From: Hormiphora californensis
Taxonomy: Eukaryota; Animalia; Ctenophora
NCBI GenBank assembly: GCA_020137815.1
Contig: CM035353.1
Location: 3,224,001 to 3,288,000, forward strand
DNA length: 64,000 nucleotides
Direction of reading: 5' to 3'
The position numbers were made by a program, and so were the translations under genes. Position 1 is the first letter of the stretch, and each line of letters begins with the position of its first letter. The notes beneath the pieces are model-generated. The model ran no database searches and was not told the DNA's origin. It saw nothing but the letters and a program-made list of their open reading frames with translations. Below are positions 59,652 through 64,000 of this stretch, one piece after another.

Positions 59652-62627
59652 TTAAGAGGACAGTCCAGTCTCGCCAAAAGCCTCAGTGAAAAGACTAGTC
59701 TTGAGCTTCGACTTGAAAGATTCCACAGACTCAACAGCTCTCAGATCAAGGGGAAGCCTATTCCAGACTTCAGGCAGGTAAACCGACGGACGTCTTCTTC
59801 TCAACTTGGAAGTCGCATTGACACTTGATAGCTTAGGGTACTTCAGCTTGAGGCCATCAGGCCAAGCATTTCCTCTAGTAGCCCGGATCACATGAAGTCC
59901 ATCATCAACAGGGACCTGATCTTGCAGGTAGTCAGGGGCCAATCCATGTACAATCTTGTACGCCATAAGGCATGCTTTGAACGTGACACGTTGTTCCACA
60001 GGAAGAACATGCAATTCTTTCAAGTATGGCATGTAGGTGTCTTGGTGACCGTGTAGGCCATAAACAAATCTGACACACGAGTTCAAGACTCTCTGAAGGC
60101 TGTTGAGAAGCTTCTTAGGTAAGCCATGGTAAAGGATATTACAATAATCCAGTCTTGAAATGATGAGCTGCTTAACAAGGAGTATCTTCGTCGATCTATC
60201 TAGACACCGGTTTACCTGCCATAGATTCTTCAACAACAAACCACATTGCCTCTTAACACTGTTGATTTGCCTCTCCATAGAGAGGTTGCTATCAAGGAAC
60301 ACTCCTAGTGTTTTCCCTGTACTCCCCGTAAAGTCCACTGGGCTTATCTCCACTCCACCAAAGTCCACAGTGGGCTGATAGACCATCTTATCCAGGGCGC
60401 TGTTTTTGCCTAACAGCAGGAATTCAGTCTTTGCCTCATTGCACTTTAGCCAGTGCTCACTCATCCACTCTTTCACACTTAACAAGCATTCCTCAGTCCT
60501 CTTCTTTGCCAGTTTCCAGTTTTCCTCATCAGTTGGGACAAAGCTGATGTACAATTGCGAGTCATCAGCATACAGTTTAATCCTTAAGCCATACGGTTTG
60601 ACCAAATCTTGCAATTCCTCCACATACAGTAAAAACAACACAGGTCCAAGCAGTGAACCTTGCGGAACTCCACAAATCAGAGAGACAATCCTCGAAAGTT
60701 CCCCTTCCACGTTTACCCGATAAGTCCTCATTTGTAGATAGTTGGCGAACCAATCCAAGACAGAACCCTTCACTCCAAACCGTTCTTCAAGAACTTCTAG
60801 CAGCTTTCCATGGTCCACTGTGTCAAAAGCGGCGCTCATATCTAATAGAAAGAGGCCTGCGACCTTTCCTTCATCCATATCCCGAAGGAGATCATCAAAC
60901 ATACCCATCAGTAGGGTTTCACAGCTATGATTCACCCTGTAACCTGATTGATGCTTATTTAGTAACTCGTTCTCATTAAGATACGAGTTGAGCTGCTCTA
61001 GAACTATCTTTTCAAGAAGCTTGGAGACAAAAGATAGGTTGGAGACTGGCCGATAATTGGTCAAAGTGTCCTTATCGCCATAAGGGTTCTTAATCGTTGG
61101 AAACACCAAAGCTTGCTGGAGAATTTCAGGAACACTGGAACATCCAAGAGATAGGTTAATAAACCTGCACAAGACTGGAGCTAGCTCATGCATACACCCC
61201 TTCACTAACCAAGTCGGTATAGGGTCAAGATCACATGTCTTGTCTGGCATGTCTTTGATTATCCTCTTTAGTTTCTCTGGGGAAACTTCCTCAAATTCCT
61301 CAAAACAACAGACGGGTGTCTGATGAATAGGGTTCCTCTTAGTCCTCAGATTCTTCTCTCCAATAACAGTAGACCGAATCTTATCAACTTTTCCAACAAA
61401 GAAGTCAGCAAAGTCATCCGCTAACCTCCGCTTATCTGTGGTTTCAGGCATAAAGGTCTCAGTATTACCAAGTAGACGGTTCAATTTCCTTTGAAGTGCT
61501 TTGGGGTCATCTCTGGACTCCTCCAAGTCTTCCTTGACGTAGTTTGTCCTCGCTTCCTTGTCAACACGCCCAAACTGCCTCTTGAGTTCATTGAACTGCT
61601 TCTTCGTGACGCTGGTTTTATTGTTCTCCCAGGCTCGCTCAGCATTCCGCCGCTGACGAAGAACTTGACGCACCTCTGGATTATCTCTCCATGGCCTCAG
61701 CTTAGCTCCTCTCTTCTTTCTCCTCTTCAACGGGACAGTCCTATCCACAAGTTCCTCAAGTTTCCTCATATAAATACACAAAACCTCCTCAGCTGATCCA
61801 GATTCCATCGCTTCACTCCAATCCACACTCCTAAAAGCACATCGAAGTATTTCTATATCAACAGCCTTGAAATCTCTGTACATGTCCACTTTTTCACGAG
61901 TCTTGTATTCACTTGCTACAGTTTCAATACACAGCTCCGCCAATACAAGAAAATGATCAGAGGTCGTTCCGTCAGGAAATACTTCAACTGATTGAACCTT
62001 AGAATATCTGTCTTTTTGGCAGAGAAGCAGATCCAAAGTACCACCACGAACATGAGTAGGTTGTAGTGGGACCCGCTGATCAAATCCAAGAGAGTCGAGT
62101 AGTCCAAGCAACTTCTTCGCATAGAAGTTCTGAGTATCTTGAACCTGGAAGTTAAAGTCCCCCATCAGGATAGGGTTCCCCGTTTTGCAGACCAACTCTG
62201 ACAAATAATCGGTAAACTCATCCAGGAACTGGGCTTCCGTAAACCGTGCCTTGCCAGTATACGGAGGTCTATAGATATTGCATAGCCTCGTCACATCTTT
62301 TCCTCCTCCAATAAGGGCTTCCTGGACTTGAAACGATTTAAACTTGGCTTTTACCGGAGTGTATTTCAACTTGACACCATCCCTGTACAAGATTCCAATT
62401 CCACCTCCTGAACGTTCCGCTCTAGGCGAGGAGAAGATATTCCAACCATAGTCTCTGATCTCCTGAAGTTTAGCTGTGTCACTCTGTTTCAGATAAGTCT
62501 CCTGTACCAAGCAGATGTCACATCCTTTTTCCTCCAAGTGTGTAATTACACCTGACGTCTTATTCATAACTGAGTGGACGTTTAGTGTGCCAATCCTCCA
62601 AGACGTTTTCCTCTCAGATCCTCCCAT
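59652..62627 (-). CDS. LINE ORF2: APE endonuclease plus reverse transcriptase
   Basis: TLNVHS, LVQET, IYRPP, GDFN, TLDL, SDH (APE); YRPVSNL, LLDMSAAFDTVDH, GVPQGSLLGP, YADD, SRLDYCN (L2/CR1-type RT). Confidence 0.95.
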   Translation of the reverse strand: MGGSERKTSWRIGTLNVHSVMNKTSGVITHLEEKGCDICLVQETYLKQSDTAKLQEIRDYGWNIFSSPRAERSGGGIGILYRDGVKLKYTPVKAKFKSFQVQEALIGGGKDVTRLCNIYRPPYTGKARFTEAQFLDEFTDYLSELVCKTGNPILMGDFNFQVQDTQNFYAKKLLGLLDSLGFDQRVPLQPTHVRGGTLDLLLCQKDRYSKVQSVEVFPDGTTSDHFLVLAELCIETVASEYKTREKVDMYRDFKAVDIEILRCAFRSVDWSEAMESGSAEEVLCIYMRKLEELVDRTVPLKRRKKRGAKLRPWRDNPEVRQVLRQRRNAERAWENNKTSVTKKQFNELKRQFGRVDKEARTNYVKEDLEESRDDPKALQRKLNRLLGNTETFMPETTDKRRLADDFADFFVGKVDKIRSTVIGEKNLRTKRNPIHQTPVCCFEEFEEVSPEKLKRIIKDMPDKTCDLDPIPTWLVKGCMHELAPVLCRFINLSLGCSSVPEILQQALVFPTIKNPYGDKDTLTNYRPVSNLSFVSKLLEKIVLEQLNSYLNENELLNKHQSGYRVNHSCETLLMGMFDDLLRDMDEGKVAGLFLLDMSAAFDTVDHGKLLEVLEERFGVKGSVLDWFANYLQMRTYRVNVEGELSRIVSLICGVPQGSLLGPVLFLLYVEELQDLVKPYGLRIKLYADDSQLYISFVPTDEENWKLAKKRTEECLLSVKEWMSEHWLKCNEAKTEFLLLGKNSALDKMVYQPTVDFGGVEISPVDFTGSTGKTLGVFLDSNLSMERQINSVKRQCGLLLKNLWQVNRCLDRSTKILLVKQLIISRLDYCNILYHGLPKKLLNSLQRVLNSCVRFVYGLHGHQDTYMPYLKELHVLPVEQRVTFKACLMAYKIVHGLAPDYLQDQVPVDDGLHVIRATRGNAWPDGLKLKYPKLSSVNATSKLRRRRPSVYLPEVWNRLPLDLRAVESVESFKSKLKTSLFTEAFGETGLSS

Positions 62628-63871
62628 GCCCTCGTCAGGTACACGTTTTTTTCCTGCTTCGTTACTCCACTGGTACTCTCCATGAGTCTTCCTTTAGCAT
62701 TTACATAGAATGGACACATACTGCTGGAGGCTGGGTGACTTTGAGCATGGCGCTTGTCCTCTCTGCTTCCTCCATGATCACAGTTGACACATTTCATCCT
62801 GCTAACTACATTTTCCTTCTTGGCATGGCAACTCCTAGTGTCATGATCTCCCGTACAGAAGGCACAAACCGGAGATTTATCCTTGTTTGGGCAGTAGATG
62901 GATCCTGCTACATGGCCAAAGCGCTGGCAGTGAAAACACTGCGTGACATAAAACCTGTTCCTCACTGAATGCTGTCGAAGTTTCAAGAATAGCTTGTCCT
63001 TCCTTTCCGATATCGCCTTCCTCACTTCTGGAGAGACCTGGAACACTGCATATCTTCCTGTTCTGTTTACATGGACCACCTTCACCAGGTGACCCTCCCC
63101 AACTAGTCTCTTCACAGACTCATTCTTATCACTGACAATCTCTGACAGAAGGCGATCTTTTTCCAGTAGGTCCTGGTCAAGATCATTGATCATGATGCGA
63201 GGATCTCTTTTCTTCTCCTTCTCCACTACGGGAGAAACATCAAGGAACGGTGAAAGAACTTCTTTCGCCTGTTCCAACTGTTCATCGGTCTCAAACATAA
63301 GATTTGTCCTCCTCTTGGTGACTGAAAGATCTAGGACTGGAATCTTATTCAATGCTTTCTCCACCTTTGTCTTCACGACAGTAGTCCACTTCTTCTCACA
63401 CATAGGTCCTTCCTCACCTTTATCCTTGATAGTCAGATACCTCTTAATTGGAGTCACAGGGGTCACAGTTTCCTGTGCCGAGCCAGTGCGATTCACAGCA
63501 TGAATTGCCAATTGGTCACTGCTAGGAGCTAAGATCTTGCTAACCTTGGGGGCAACCAGATCCGGTAGTGTGCTCAGAAGATCCTCTTTCAGCTTATCCA
63601 GTGTATCTCTCAAGTCGTCAGCAGTGAATGATGTCACAGATTCAGATGAGTGGGTAGAGATGCGTCGTGTTTCTGGTAACAATCCATATAGTTCCTTGAC
63701 CATCGTCCATAAAACCGCTTTGGAGGCTCCACTTGGAGGCTCCACTGCATCATCCTTAATGCTCTGCAAAATACTGGCACCCTTACATCTATCAGAGTAG
63801 CTCGTGGCGAGCAACTTACCCTCCATATCGTTCCTGCACATAATAACATCATGGGTAGCCACACCCGACAT
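62582..63871 (-). CDS. LINE ORF1: gag-like protein with three Cys/His knuckles
   Basis: CFHCQRFGHVAGSIYC, CAFCTGDHDTRSC, CVNC...HPASSSMC. The start codon may lie further upstream. Confidence 0.88.
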   Translation of the reverse strand: MSGVATHDVIMCRNDMEGKLLATSYSDRCKGASILQSIKDDAVEPPSGASKAVLWTMVKELYGLLPETRRISTHSSESVTSFTADDLRDTLDKLKEDLLSTLPDLVAPKVSKILAPSSDQLAIHAVNRTGSAQETVTPVTPIKRYLTIKDKGEEGPMCEKKWTTVVKTKVEKALNKIPVLDLSVTKRRTNLMFETDEQLEQAKEVLSPFLDVSPVVEKEKKRDPRIMINDLDQDLLEKDRLLSEIVSDKNESVKRLVGEGHLVKVVHVNRTGRYAVFQVSPEVRKAISERKDKLFLKLRQHSVRNRFYVTQCFHCQRFGHVAGSIYCPNKDKSPVCAFCTGDHDTRSCHAKKENVVSRMKCVNCDHGGSREDKRHAQSHPASSSMCPFYVNAKGRLMESTSGVTKQEKNVYLTRAWEDLRGKRLGGLAH

Positions 63872-64000
63872 CCTGTCCTGTAAATAGAGGCGCGAGGAAC
63901 CGTTCCTTGCAAGTCTTGGCGTCCTTGGTATAACCCAACGAGGTCCTCTGAGATCTGTTTACTTAGAAAAACCAGACACGTCTTCTCTTGTCTTTTCTTT

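Larger units (their letters stand above)
59242..64000 (-). mobile_element. Apparently intact non-LTR retrotransposon (L2/CR1 group); 5' UTR may run off the window
   Basis: Two uninterrupted ORFs, a ~390-nt 3' UTR and a (TAT)n tail at 59242-59263. Confidence 0.9.

Overview
Eukaryotic, intron-rich, repeat-rich animal DNA, most likely from a ctenophore of the Pleurobrachia type. This assignment is an inference from the 109-bp CAGGAACCGACCG MITE and the intronless LDLa-GPCR; it is not a database result. Spliced genes rebuilt by hand: an RRM/RS protein; a truncated F-box/WD40 gene; a FoxL1/FoxC-like forkhead factor with an eh1 motif; a co-oriented minus-strand run of WDPCP/Fritz, two SRSF2/SC35-like paralogues and a 78-aa membrane microprotein; a three-finger (Ly6/uPAR-type) gene nested antisense in an SRSF2-like intron; a KSP/RPxS-repeat protein; and an intronless 1156-aa LDLa-rhodopsin GPCR that appears to sit inside another gene's intron. 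Mobile DNA includes an intact two-ORF L2/CR1-group LINE, Helitrons and many non-autonomous TIR/fold-back elements with diagnostic TSDs. Three patterns stand out: minisatellites built from branch-point/acceptor sequence that abut 3' splice sites; an acceptor-like YAG 2-13 nt before nine start codons (possible SL trans-splicing or operons); and a GPCR block flanked by direct MITE repeats. Several stretches (~1-600, 4000-4600, 9870-10900, 11500-12050, 17390-17950, 28540-29100, 49800-52900) look like poorly polished sequence, and single-base indels in genes are probably assembly errors.
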